A stretch of DNA of 64,000 nt from contig JARDVH010000160.1 in assembly GCA_030324005.1 (NCBI GenBank), positions 22,818,297-22,882,296 of the forward strand, written 5' to 3'. A model generated the notes under the pieces. The model worked only from the letters and a program-made list of their open reading frames with translations, did no database searches and was not told the origin of the DNA. Numbering within the stretch: position 1 is the first letter of the stretch; each line of letters opens with the position of its first letter. Positions 38,195 to 51,759 of this stretch are shown here, piece after piece. The translations under genes were made by a program, and so were the position numbers. The stretch comes from Negaprion brevirostris. Taxonomy: Eukaryota.

Positions 38195-39559
38195 CCTTAA
38201 ATGATGCTGCATTTCAAAGTATGCAATTTGCCAAACTATGAATTTAATCATAGTAATTTTATATGGTTGAATAATTGCTCATCAGGTTTCAAGAAAGCAC
38301 CAACCTAGCTGACAACAATGAATATTCCGATGCAGTTTCAAGATAGTTCCCATTCCAATTATGACTTCAAAACTTTTATAAAAGCATTTGGATTTAAAAA
38401 GGTTTCAGAAAGGTAATATTATAGAAAAGATTGATGGAACTTGAAGAGGGTTGTGCTCCAATCAGTCTTGGAACGTATAGAGAAACATATACAAATAAAA
38501 TCAAAATAATTTACAGCAGAGCTTGAGGGGGGTGCAGGGTGGAAAGAAAATCTGATGCNNNNNNNNNNNNNNNNNNNNNNNNNNNNNNNNNNNNNNNNNN
38601 NNNNNNNNNNNNNNNNNNNNNNNNNNNNNNNNNNNNNNNNNNNNNNNNNNNNNNNNNNGATGCATTGGCATTTCATATATCAAATGAAAGAAATAGTTCA
38701 AAATGAATCATGCAAAGTTTAGGTACAACATTCTCCTTCATAAATAAGTTCAGTGGAATTATTAGCGTGGTAATCACAGATATTGTACCACACGCCCTCT
38801 GCAGAGCTCAAAAGAAAATACTATACATGCTTCTACAGATGCACACTGGAGCTTTCTGCTTTTCCTCATTAATTTTAACGATTTACTTGTTGGCGCTGGT
38901 AGAACAGAAAATCCAGTTGCAATTTATAAATAAAAGGGTCCACATCATGCCCTAGTTCAGGAAAGCAAAGTTTTGCTCATCAATGGCCAAGTGTCAGTTT
39001 GGCAATTTCATCGTGGTACAGATCCTGCATCAATGCAGGGCCAAAATCAGTATAAAGAATTGTGTAATCACACAGCCCCAGTACTGAAAGAAACTCTATA
39101 AAAGGGTTTATTGAATGCTGCCTCTTGCATGTTTTTCTCATTTACAAAATGCTGCAATTCTCTGAAAATGAAAATAGCACCACTACTGAAGTATCAGGTG
39201 AGGCCGTCCCGAAGTGAAATTTGCTTTAAAAAAAACCCTTTGCATACTTAAGTCAGCGTTTGCAGTTTGGTAGTTGTCTAGACTAGATAATTTTGTCTGG
39301 TTAAGACATATGTCAATTTAATACTTTTACTGGCACAAAGCTGCGTTTAAGAATTAACATTCCAACAAAATTCTTCCTGGATGGCTTAAGTCTATATTTC
39401 TATTCCCACTGCTATAGCAGTACGGGATCACTGTCATTCTGTACTGGTATTACAGTCTCCTTCCGCAAGGCTGAACCAAGTCAGCGGAACTGAAATCTGT
39501 ATTTCAATTTTGAATCTAGGAAGATCAGATTTAGATTTCTCACTGCTGAGTGTTGCAAA

Positions 39560-39765
39560 AGGCAAAGTCGCCATGGACCCAATTGACCAAAGGCTGTGGC
39601 TGGCGGTCACTTAACCTGAGGATCACGACATCTCAGCAAAAGGGCAAGATTCAGAAGACAGACTTTCATGAATAACCTCAACTGGTACGGGAATTGAACC
39701 TGCGCTGCTGGCATCGCTCTGCATCATGAACCAGCCTTTCCAGCCAACTGAGCTAAACTGACCCA
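39560..39765 (-). mobile_element. tRNA-derived SINE (further family)
   Basis: Minus-strand head gggtcagtttagctcagttggctgg (A box)...ggttcaattccc (B box). Confidence 0.65.
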
Positions 39766-39784
39766 CTCAGCGCTGTATGCATGG

Positions 39785-39872
39785 TGACAGGTCACAGTCC
39801 TAAAAGCATTACATCTGTTTCTCTCTCCACAGATGCTGAGTTATTTCCAGCATTTTCTGCTTCTATTTCAGT
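39785..39872 (+). mobile_element. Short PLE-derived repeat, degenerate
   Basis: tctctctccacagatgctgagttatttccagcattttctg, as at 59053-59105. Confidence 0.55.
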
Positions 39873-40277
39873 GTTAAAGTGTAGCTGGTACTGTTACCCA
39901 TCAACACAGCATCCAGCCTTGGCACTTTGTGAGAAGGTCAAATTGCATAATCAGCTTTCAGGGTTACTCAAACTGGGGGACATTTAAAAATGAATAGAAA
40001 TGGGTTAGTTTAATAAAGATTTTGACTCCAAACTAGAGATCTCACTTCCATTCTATATCTGAAAATATAAAGAAGATATGCAATTCAATCAATAGGTTAA
40101 AACAGAACTCTAACAGGTGACATATCTAACACTTCTATATTACATATATGCTGCCTCACAGTGCCAGGGACCAAGGTTTGATGCCCGGCTTGGTTCACAG
40201 TCTGTGCTGACCCTGCACATTCTCTATGTGTCTGCATGGGTTTCCTCCCAAAGATTCCACAAATTAATCCATCTTAC

Positions 40278-40560
40278 AGCTGAGCAGAAAAGTCTTGGGT
40301 TCAGTCTCTGTTAGATTAGCCAGGTCAGTCAGAGAGGCAGTGGAAGTAATGGAACTGGCCTCCTTCAGCATTGGTTAAGGAGGGTTTGGGGGAGGAGGTC
40401 AAAATCAGTCAAGATCCCTGCAACAAACTGCCATCTACCAGGCCCTGCCAGAATTGCATGCAAGTAGACATCAGATAAGGACAGCATCATATGCAGATGT
40501 TATTTTCCCCCCGTGTTCAAATGCCATGTCAACCCTCACTATCTAGGCTCACAGAAGAAT
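40278..40560 (+). mobile_element. Ancient LF-SINE-like element
   Basis: aaaatcagtcaag...ccctgccagaattgcatg...gacatcagataaggacagcatc...ctcactatctaggctcacagaagaat resembles my recollection of the LF-SINE consensus. Confidence 0.55.
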
Positions 40561-43500
40561 ATAAGCAACTTTTATTATTTTACAATACATGTAACAGAAG
40601 GTACCTAGCATCTGTAGATCAGCAAACAGATAAACTTCAGGGGATAAGGAGGAATGGAAGAGGAAATAAACCAAAATTATCATGAATATTCAAAACCAAT
40701 GTTGGAAATCTTGGTGGAGATGGAGAGGGTGGCAAGGCTGGGCTGCTACACACACTCCAAAATAATTCACTAAAACAATGACAATAACTCATACTTGTAA
40801 AGCTGTCACACACATTCCTATTAACTAAAAGACACAAACTTCTTTCCTCACAAACAAAACCTCATCCATTCTAACTTAAAGCAAAGATATTTTTGGCTAT
40901 GTTTACTGCCCAAGATTTAATGAACTTTCCAGGAACATTTAACATTTCAAAATTAATCAGAATGAGATTGCTCATAGTCCTTTGCACATTCTTGCAAGAG
41001 TATGATGATAGACCATTTCAATTAATCGTAGCGAATGCAAAAATAACCATCAACCAGTGATCATCATTTTCTAGCAATGACAATANNNNNNNNNNTAAAA
41101 AATCTCTTCAGTTATTCAAATGTTAATTTTCAATGGGTGCAAATAGCCTTTCCAAAGTATAACAACAAAATCTAAATGCTATGTTAGTTCAAATTAAGCT
41201 CAACAGATTTCATTCAGAAACACCTTGAGAGGGCTTTGTCATTTCACTTGTGGCTCAATTCTTTCTACCTCTTCATACGTTCCTCAGCCCGACCTTCTTT
41301 TTAAAACCCTGCCTTTACCTTCAGGCAAGAGCTAAAGAAGGCTGACCACAAATGTCACTTTATTGTCATCAGAATGGGCACTTCTGGCAAACGTGATCAC
41401 ATTTCCTTTTCTGTTGGGTGAAGAGAGCAACACTAATTGGAAAATTGCATCCCAACTCTTGTTGGCAGAATTAAGTTAGAGGCAACTCCAAGGCTAAAAT
41501 TCAATATCGTTTTGTTTGGAACTAGAAGAGACATAGACCATAAAGAATCAGAGATAGATTTAAAAATTTCAGATTCCACAGTTAGCCCACAAAAATGGCT
41601 AGAGCAGTAGCAGGTGAGAAAAGTGGCACCAATGGCAGCATTCTCCACAGTATAGTTGGAACACAGAAAATAATAGCAAGGGACTGGTCCCACAATGTCA
41701 CTCCAGCAACTTGGCTTTTTGAAGATCATGGTGCTACATTTAAAGGCCATCCCAGTGCAGAAATGTTCATATGGAACCCCTCCCCCAAGGCAACCCTCTT
41801 TATCTGCTTGGGCACTGACCCCAGCCTTTGGGGGGCACTGTGCCAGGAGAAATGCCCAGGTAGTGCCTGGGCATGACCCCTTCCCTCTGAGAGATGCACT
41901 CACTTGAGCTCCTCTGGGAGGTCTGCCTGCCAGTTGCACGCCATGGGAGGTCAGTCATAATTCACACCAATCTGCCCTCATGCCAACGTGAATACACTTT
42001 CTTATGGGGGGAGGAGAGGGTGCTGGGGTGATAATGAGACGTGATTTGGACATTGCATGAGATTTTCCACTCACGTTGCCGATCCCAGCTGATGAAAACA
42101 GGAGAGGAAAGTCCTGCTCCCCCCTTAGGTATTCCCCCAATCTGAAGACACTGAACTACCTACCAGTTGACCTGAGAGACTGAAGAAATGTACATAAAGA
42201 AAAACCATACATTGAGTTATATTTGCGATATAACTTGAAAGAAAATAAATGTGGATTTTTAAAAATCTTAGAACTGGAGGTAGTTATGATGCAGTTTTGT
42301 TCCCTATAACTGTTCTCATCATCATTACAAAATAGATCCCACAGACAGGTAAGCTTTAACTTTAATAATTAACTTTACACGTTTACTATTTGGGATGCCA
42401 GAACAAAACGTAGGAGCTTCAGTCGGCCACTTTGCCCTTCAAGCCTGCTCTGCCATTCAGCAAGATCATGCTGATCCTCTACTTAAACTCCACCTTGCTG
42501 ATATCCCTTCATTCTCTTTGTACCCATCTATATCTATAAGAATGTACGAACAATAGACAAACATACTCATATTTATCAAACTTACAGTTGGATGGTAAGT
42601 AAAATTCTAATATATCTCATGTCCGATCAGAAGATAGATAACGTTGTGCCTATCACAATAAGCTAAGATAATAAATGAGTTCATCCATTTACACAAGTAA
42701 ACAGTTCAGAATCTCATCTCTTCAGTTTGCAGAGGGTTAATAAAACTAATGAGGGAAGTTCCTTGAATCCATCTTAAAGGATATGTTTCCTGGGAGGGAA
42801 AAGTGACATTGTTCCTCAGAAGAAAACTTGTTATTACCGAAAATTTTGGTCAAATTTCAATCCATAATAGTTGCTTGACCGATTGTACTTGCTACTGTTT
42901 CAAAGCGATTTCTACTTAATTGCTATGTTATTGATCAGTCTTCTCCCTGAAACCCATCCTGATCTGTGCATTAACTTGTCAACAATGTCACTTTCAACAA
43001 GTTATCGTGCAGTAGCTTGTGTACCTCATTTAGAATATTCAAGTGTGGTGTTTTAAAACAGCTATTTTAGACTATGCAAATTATATTTTGTCAGGGTCAT
43101 TCTAGAGCTTTTTTAACAGTCAAATCCCAATGGTCCTTGGAAAGATAGCTGGTAAATTTAATTGGCACTGGAAAATTGCTTCCTTCTGTATAAGCCTGCC
43201 CCGATTTTAATTACTGTGTTAGAGAGATATATGGCTGGGATGGAAAATAAGGAAGGTAAACTGAAAATGGTAGAAAAAAATCTTGCATCCCTCATTTTAT
43301 TCCTCATGTCAGCTTGGATCAGTGTGTAGTGCTGTAGATTGAAACTCTAATGCAGGACTTCAGAGCTGTTGCATTGGTGCAAGTCCCACCCTTTGGACTA
43401 CACTTAAAACTAAGATTTCATATGTCTTGGAGCTTGAAAATTGAAGAACCATGGCAAAACTCAAAAGTATTCTTCTCTCACTAAATCGTTCCTAAAGGTA

Positions 43501-43569
43501 AATTAATTGGTCATTTCATTGTCATTTGAGTCATTACTGTGCACATTTATCAACGTAATAGTCACTGCA

Positions 43570-43858
43570 CGCCAATGGTTAGCACTGCCTCACAGCTCCA
43601 GGGACCTGAGTTCAATTCCCGGCTTGGGTCACTGTTTGTGTGGAGTCTGCCCATTCTCCACGTGTCTGCATGGGTTTCCTCCGGGTGCTCCAGTTTCCTC
43701 CCACGCTCCGAAAGAAGAGCTGGTTAGGTGCATTAGCCATGCTAAATTCTCCCTCAGTACCCAAACAGGCGCCAGAGTGTGGCAACCAAGGGATTTTCAC
43801 AGTAACTCCATTGCAGTATTAATGTTAGCCTACTTGTGAATAATAAGTAAACATTAAA
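43570..43858 (+). mobile_element. HE1-like V-SINE, type-2 tail
   Basis: tggttagcactgcctcacagctccagggacc...gcctacttgtgaataataagtaaac. Confidence 0.85.
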
Positions 43859-44056
43859 TGTCAGCAGTGTGCTATGACACCACATAAATGTGAACTTTTT
43901 TAAATTCAATAACATTTTTAAAAAACTAAAGCAATAACCCCTACCAGAATATCTTGGACAAAGTTGATGCAAGCAATTAGATAAAACTCCCAGGAATCAC
44001 AAAAATATTATCCATACAACACAAAAGAATACCAGTATTGTGGATCACAGTCATAC

Positions 44057-44253
44057 CTGAATTCAAATCACAGTGNNNNNNNNNNTAAAGAAGGTGGCTT
44101 GCTGCCTTGCAGTTTTTTGATTGCATAATCAGCTTCGACAGTGGAAACCTCTTTGGACTCTTTTCCTTTCAAATTAATTTGCGTTCTTTTCAGCAACTTT
44201 TCTTTTTCCAAGATGAAATCCTCCATGCCGGCTATGCTCAGGCCTTCAGATAG
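44057..44253 (-). CDS. snx19: Sorting nexin-19, internal exon (exon 7 equivalent; contains a 10-N gap)
   Basis: cgcctcag|CTA...AATTCAG|gtatga; LSEGLSIAGMEDFILEKEKLLKRTQ...KPPSL[gap 44076-44085]HCDLNS; resembles human LSMSAMESFIEKQTKLL; the frame across the gap cannot be verified. Confidence 0.85.
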
Positions 44254-45464
44254 CTGAGGCGAAACAATAACAGTGCCATACTAGCAAGAACAAGTTCTGA
44301 CAAATTCACAACATACCTTTATCAAAATTTAGACTTACACATCACTTAAATCTGGAAAATTCATGACGCTGGCAATAATTTTAGCAATTTGGCAGCACAC
44401 TTGCCCATATAATAAGTGACTATACATCAATAAACAATTTATTGAATGTAAGGGACTATGAAATTTACTGAGGACATGATACAGTAAATGCAAGTTTTTT
44501 TCAACCTATAGTGCATTGTTCATTCAAAATTCTTAATTAATCATTTAAGAATTATAGTACACTGTAGAACAAGAACATTCATGAACTTGATGCCAGGTCT
44601 GATGAATTACCTTTGTTCAATACTCCCTTTCAAATGGAGATCCAATTTACAGGAAAAACAATGCTTGCAAAGCTACCCCTTGTCAGAGTACACTTTTTGG
44701 TTCTAAAAAGCAGACTAACATAAGCTGTTCTATTATATTTCTCAAAAGATTATGGGTGAAATTTTCCTGCCCCACCCGCCACAGGAATCATAGCGGGCGG
44801 AAGCAGGGGCAGACCATGCAAAGGCCCATTGATCTCGTGCAGGATTTTCAGCCTTGGGGTGAACATAGCCAGAAAATCCCTATGTGTATCTTTCAATGTA
44901 TAAAACAAAGCAGAAGAATCTTAAAAATTGAGAACGGCCATTCAGGAGTAAAGTTAGAAATCACTTTTCCATAAATGAACAGTAGTGGAGATCTAGGACT
45001 TCAATGCCTTGGATGCTGAGTCATGACTTATCAAGACTGAGATTGTTATTAGGTAAGGATATCAAGNNNNNNNNNNATATCAAGTGAAATGGAGAAAAGA
45101 CAGATAAATTGAGTTCAGTTACAGATCAACCTAATCTAGTAACATCTGAACAGGTAAATTAATGTTAGGTTCCAGAGACAGCACCCAGTATGATATTGCA
45201 AAGGGCTGAACTTAAAGGGAAAACTGTAGGCCTAAATTCATTATCAAAAAATGCATGGAGTTTACGGACTATGTTATCACTAAGATTGAGATCATCAACA
45301 GCAATGACAACTTGAATTTGTATGGCAATTTTAACATGATTCAACACACTTTAAACAAAGTTTGACATTACAATATATAAACAGATATTATGACAAGCAA
45401 CCAAAAACTTCATCAAAGGTTTCAAAAACTCTCAGATGAGGACAGATGTAAATAATTACAAAGG

Positions 45465-45730
45465 TGCACCTGGGAAGACCACCACCTGCAACTTCCTCTC
45501 CAAGTCACAAAAATAGCCTGACTAGGAAATACATGGCCGTTCCTTCACTGTCACTGGGTCAAAATCCTGGAACTCCCTCCCTAACAGCACGGTGGGTGTA
45601 CCTAAGTCTTGGGGACTGCAGCAATTCCAGAAGTCAGCTGACCAGCACCTTCTCAAGGGCAACTAGAGATGGGTGACAAATGCTGGCCTCGCCAGTGACA
45701 CTCACATCAGATAAATGAGTAGAAAAAAAA
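45465..45730 (+). mobile_element. LINE 3' end (CR1/L2 group)
   Basis: KYMAVPSLSLG / SKSWNSLPNSTVGVP; ends aagggcaactagagatggg...aaatgagtagaaaaaaaa. Confidence 0.7.
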
Positions 45731-46754
45731 TGTTCAGTAAGGGAAGTAAATTAGCGAGAACAGGGGTGATGGATGAACAAAACTTGCTGTGTCTTAGGGT
45801 AGGGGCGGCAATGCTTTAAACAAACTCAAATGTATGGCGAGTACACAGTGATCAATCTCGTAAACTGTGAAGGATCTGCAGATATCATCTGATTCAGACA
45901 CACTTGGTCAATATTATGCACGTTTTCTGTGCTTACTGGTTTACTATCACATTTTCTGTTGCTTTATGCCATAAACAAAACGTTTCCTGCAGCAACAGCT
46001 CTATTTTTCCTTTTGGTCACTGACATGTTCTTTCAGAAGTTGGGACAAAGGATCCTTGTGATTTTGTTAACATTTGCACGAGTTCCAGGATGACTCAATT
46101 CTTGTGGGAGGCCTCACGCAGAAAGCATTAAAACCACTAAATTAGATCACACTGAAACCTTCTAAATCCACAACTGACCATGAAGTTCTACTCCATATAT
46201 ATATTATATAGCTATATATAATTGGCTTCATATTAACTAAAAGTTTTATGGTGTGAGGTTGCCAGACAGCTTTGCTCGACAGTACCACTGGTCTCATAGC
46301 TTATTCACTTTGGACTACTTTACGTCATAAAGCAAATTCAATATCTACTTTTAAATCCAGGGATTCATTTCTATTATATCATTGCTATATACGTCATGAA
46401 TAACAGGGTACAGAGGGTGTCACTAAATGATTCTGCGTTTTGGTTAGCACGTCTTTCTTGTTGTGGAATACGTAATGATAACACGCAATCCCACACTGCC
46501 TATTTACTATTGAATATATAAATAGAGTGTTGCAACTTAACTAAGGAAATCATCACTCAGGACATACTTTATGCCCACAAAAAAAGTCACTGAAAAGGCT
46601 AATCTGATTTAATTTTTTTTACGCGTTCTTTTGTTGTGCTGTTATTGTGATTATAGTTTCAAGCAATTAGTCTGTTTCCATAATCAAATGAATGATTAGA
46701 AATCTGTCACACATCATTGGTGAACTCAGCAGGTTCTTGAAGTGAGCAATAATA

Positions 46755-47135
46755 CAAAGAACAGTACAGTACAGGAACAGGCCCTTCAGCTCTCCAAGCC
46801 TGCGCTGATCATGATGCCTGCCTAAACTAAAACCATATGCTCTTACGCAGTCTGCATCCTTCCATTCCCATCCTATTCATATATTCATCTGAATGCTCCT
46901 TAAGTGCTGCTATCGTACCTGCTCCCACCAACTCCTCAGGCAGCATGTTCCAGGCGTTCAACACACTCTCCTTAAACCTATATTCCCTAGTTCATGACTT
47001 TTCTACCCTAGGAAAGAGCATCTGACTATGCACTCTGTCCATGCCACTCATAATCTTGTAAACCTGCATCAGGTCGCCCTTAACCTCTGTCGTTCTTGTA
47101 GCTAGTTTCCTCCAAACCAGGTAACATCCTGCTAA
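46755..47135 (-). mobile_element. CR1 LINE 3' end
   Basis: aaagaacagtacagtacaggaacaggcccttcagc...cataatcttgtaaacctgcatcaggtcgcc. Confidence 0.8.
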
Positions 47136-49877
47136 AAGTGGCCCAGAATACGTGGTAACATTAATGATGAGACTGTCCGTGTCATTTTTTCAATGTAAAA
47201 CCAACAGGAATTTTAGGCATCCAAACATGTAATGTTAAACACAAAAATCCTGAGCTTGCTATGGCACCCACACATCCACAGAATGCATTATTGCAGTCTG
47301 CAGTGATACAATTACTAGAAATGATTGCTCTAGTTTACCTTATGTGTGCACTATCTGCATAGTGCATCCAGGAGAGGGCCTAAATTTTGCACCCTGGAGA
47401 GTGCCTGGGTAAGACACTCTGTCAGAAAGTCAGTGCAGACTCAATAGGCTGAATGGCCTCCTTCTGCACTGTAGGGATTCTCTGATGATTCTTATTACAA
47501 AAAATCAATAAAAATGTCATGAGTTACTGAGTGTTTAATATCATGCTCTATCAGAATTATTTCTCAATACTTGCTCTGGTCGTGAAAAACTAACTTTACA
47601 AGTATGGAGTCTCATTGCCTCAAAAGAACATTTTAAAAGTACAGAGCTTNNNNNNNNNNNNNNNNNNNNNNNNNNNNNNNNNNNNNNNNNNNNNNNNNNN
47701 NNNNNNNNNNNNNNNNNNNNNNNNNNNNNNNNNNNNNNNNNNNNNNNNNAGAGCTTTTAATTCAATTTAAAAAAGTAGTTTTTTGCACTGATGTGTTTAC
47801 CCTGATCTTTATTTCGCTTTCAGTGCAATTTGTATTTCTTGCACTTTACTCCCTAAATTGCTGTGAGAAATCTTCAATTTGATTGTTTGATCAGCCTAAC
47901 CCTCTGCCAGCCCTGTTCACAGGCATAACAGATCCACTGCAGAAGGTGCCAAAGTGTAAGTGTCATCAGTAAAAGAGGAAATCTACACACTTGCGCTTGC
48001 TGAACTTATGTGGGCAACCTATTTCCAAGGTGATGGTTAGGGCCGTTTCTTCACAGCTGACTGCACACCCTGGTCAATATTTTTACAATATTTGGAAGAC
48101 TTGAGCTCACCCTTCGCTACAGCAGAAGTTGACAACAGCACTGCACTATTAGAGGTATCAATCTTCCACTAGTAATTGGAGCTTCTACAGCCAATACATA
48201 ATAAATGTTCTGTTTTGCCAAGCAGAGAATAACTCAAGTATTCTTGATGATAATCCCTCACAATAAACTAACAAACTCTACCAGTATTTTGTGTCACAAA
48301 AGGCTCAATGTGAATGACATGTGCACGCACCAGTGCGTCGTTTGTAGATAAAATATTGTACTAATAGCATCACCAGGCAAGCAATAAACACCAGGATCAT
48401 TTTTCCAGTTCTAACTAAAACCTAACTTGTTCTGAATACACACAACAGATTTTGCTAGGCAAGCCAACTCATGAAAAGGTGATATTTCATACCACATGCA
48501 ACGAAAACAACAGTTTTATTTGGAACATAAATGGAGCAAACCATCCAGACTCAGTAGCCACCTGTAATCCAATCTGTCCATCAAACCATGCAGGAAACAG
48601 TTGGGACTGTTAAAGAAAATAGTGCTGCCAACATTGAAAATTGTAACTTAGTACTTGCTCCCTTCGAGATATTACATCTCAGAACTAGATTTCCAAATGG
48701 TTCAATATATTCTGCAAACTGCAATACTTAAATTTATATGACATTGGAGACTAAGCCTAAATTTTGACTGAATCTGTTTTTCTCTTCATGCATTGCACAT
48801 ACTCATAAACTAACATGCGCACCCTGCAATGGTCAGTAAAATCAATGCAGTCGCTTCTTAATGAGTATAAATACCTNNNNNNNNNNTACCTCGTTGGAAT
48901 TCATATCACATTTGACGAGGTAACTAAGTAGAATACAGTTGGATATTCATTATGATAAGTCTTGAAGAACTGTTTACATTTATTGCACTTTGGTGATGTG
49001 CTGAAAAGCAATAACTCTTTTGTGCTTGTTTATCAGGTTTAATTTTTTTTTCCAACGACTCAATTTCCAGACCTATAAAATATCTTCTGGAAGCCCAATG
49101 AAATAATTCACAGTCAATGTTTTGCAACTGCGATTAGCTAAGAACGGTTTTAAAGATGTTACATCGCCAATATCTGGAACTCAATTCAGTTTCCTGAATA
49201 TATCACTCACATCATACATGTTTTCCAGGCCACTGTCAATGCAACTTTGTCAGTGATAGTGGGACGTTGCAATAGAAGAACTCATTGCCTCAACTCCAAA
49301 TTTTTCCTCTCCCTTTCACGTAGAGCAGAGTTAAATCCTTGAGGATTTAACTGAGATTAGGAACTCACCATGAAAGGAAAATTGTAGTTACAAACTCACA
49401 TCTTATTACTTGAATCAATTAACACCCTGCAGCACAATTCTTTTTTCAGAACATATTTAAAGAAGACTTTATTATTTCTACCAATTACCAATCTATCAGC
49501 GGTGACACTGAAAGGCGTATCTATGAAGAAAGAGATGAAAGAGGAATGATCAAAAATTCAATATAAATACGCTTGTTATACCAGATCCTTTGTAATGAGC
49601 CTAGTCTGTATGCAATATCCTCTGGTTTCCTATCTATTCTGCCTCAAGTTGCTCGCACAGCCTTATCTTCTTCATATAGAGTAACAGTAGTTTAAAAGCT
49701 AGGGCAAATGAAGACATCTAAATATTCCAAACCTCCAAGAGCACCTATAGACACTTTTCACTTCGTTGTATCTCTAATGATTCTCATTCCCGACTCACAT
49801 CTCCCCAAACACTTACAACAGCACTTTATAACTCCTAACCATCCTTCACCGCTCCATTTGGCATGATACTTCTGCAG

Positions 49878-50162
49878 ATGGTGGCACAGTTTTGGCACTG
49901 CTAACACAGCACCAGGGACCCAGGTTTGATTCCTGGCAAGGGTCACTGTCTGTGCAGAGTCTGCACATTCTCCCCGTGTCTGCATAGGTTTCATCTGTAT
50001 GCTCCAGTTTCCTCCCACAGTCCTAAAGACATGATGGTTAGGTGCACTGGCCATGCTAAACAGGTGCCGAAATTTGGCAACCAGGAGATTTTCACAGTAA
50101 CTTCACTGCAGTGTTAATGTAAGCCTATTTGTGACAATAATAAATAAACTTTAAAACTTTAA
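49878..50162 (+). mobile_element. HE1-like V-SINE, type-2 tail
   Basis: atggtggcacag...tgtgacaataataaataaactttaaaacttt. Confidence 0.85.
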
Positions 50163-50477
50163 ACGCAAGCAAGCCCATGCATCTGACTTTTATGCCTTTG
50201 TCCCCAATTAAACAATTATTCTGGCTGCTCTCCCTAGCCCAGCCATCATCCTTGCTCCCTCAAGTCCAAAGGGAGTACATTTGAACATATCTGACAGGTT
50301 TACTCATCTATCACCAGATCTGACAACAACATCAAGCCCTTTTCTCCTCTGCCAAAACTGCTCACTACTCCACAATCATGTGGAATCCAAAAACACCCAG
50401 TTTCATTTATCTGCAATCACCGAAATTTTTTAACACTTCTCCCTGCCCTCTTCGCCCTTTATGGGTTTCCTCATAAC

Positions 50478-51615
50478 AACAGTAACAACCCATACTGAAA
50501 TAGCACCTTTAACTTAATAAGTCAAGCACCTCACAGGACTGTCAAAACATGAGACTGAAACACATGCAGAGATATTGGGAAAGACAACAAAAAGCTTGGC
50601 AGAAGGGGTAGGTTTTAAGGATTGTCTAAATGGAAGAGAGAGGAGAGGTGGAGATGTTTAGGGAGGGAATTCCAGACCTAAGCTGAAAGTACAATGACCA
50701 ATGGTGGAGTAATTAAAATTGTCTTTGCCCAAAATGCCAGAATAGGATGCACATTTACATCTTAGGGAGTTGCAGGGTTGGAGGAGGTTACAGGGTTAGG
50801 GAGGAACAAGGTCATGGAGGGAAATTCTAAAACTGAGGCATCGCTAGTCAAGGAGCCAATGTGGGTCAGCAATAAGGAACTGATGGGTGAACCAAACTTG
50901 ATCCGAGTTAGAATATGGCAGCAGAATTTTGGGTGAGCTCAGGTTTCTGAGGAAGGAAGATGGGAAATCAGCCAGAAGTGCACTGGAATCGTCAAGTCAA
51001 GAGGCAACAAAGGCACAGATGTAGGTTTGATTAAGTGATGCAAAAACACAGACAGGCAATGTTAGAGGTAAATGATGACGATCTTGATGGTGGACTGGAT
51101 ATGTGGTTGGACACTCAACTTGAGGTCAAATAAATCACCAACGTTAAAAATGGTTTGGTTCAGCCTCAAAATATTTACCCAAGAGGGGGATGGGGTCAGT
51201 AGTTAAGGAATGAAATTCATCATAGGGACAGAAGAGAATGGCTTCCATTGTCCCAATATTTAGCTGAAGGAAATTTCTGTTCATATGGTACCGGGTTTCT
51301 GACAAACAATGTTACAAATTAGGAACAGCAGAGGAATTGAGGAGGATGGCGGTGAGATAAAGTTGGGTGTTGTGGAACTTACCATGTTTCAGATGATATA
51401 CCTAAGGGAGAGATAGATAAGAAATAGGGAGGGTGCAGGTAATGCCGGAGAAGTGGGAAGGTAAACCACTGTAGGTGATTCTCTGACAACAACTATATGG
51501 AAAAGAATGAAATCAGTTGAGCAGTTTCACCCAGGAGGCTGAGGAGGCACTGGAGGAGGACAGCATCATCAAACGTATCACAGATTGCAAAGGATGAGGA
51601 GGGATAGCTTACCTT
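50478..51615 (-). mobile_element. L2-like LINE 3' region
   Basis: L2-type terminus and a long purine-rich antisense RT segment similar to 36345-37650. Confidence 0.65.
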
Positions 51616-51759
51616 CCCGTCAGTTATCTTTGTTACAACACCGGGCAATATCCCACCATCCTCCTCACCAAAGAAGACGACCTTTTCTGACAGTTCTTCC
51701 TATCCTAGCTTTGAATCAGTCTTTCTTTAGCTTCTGTCCTATCTCTCAATCTAACTAAA

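Noticed and set aside
41433-41939. 168-aa ORF
   Set aside because: No recognisable domain or splice context; it overlaps a GC-rich MITE-like repeat.
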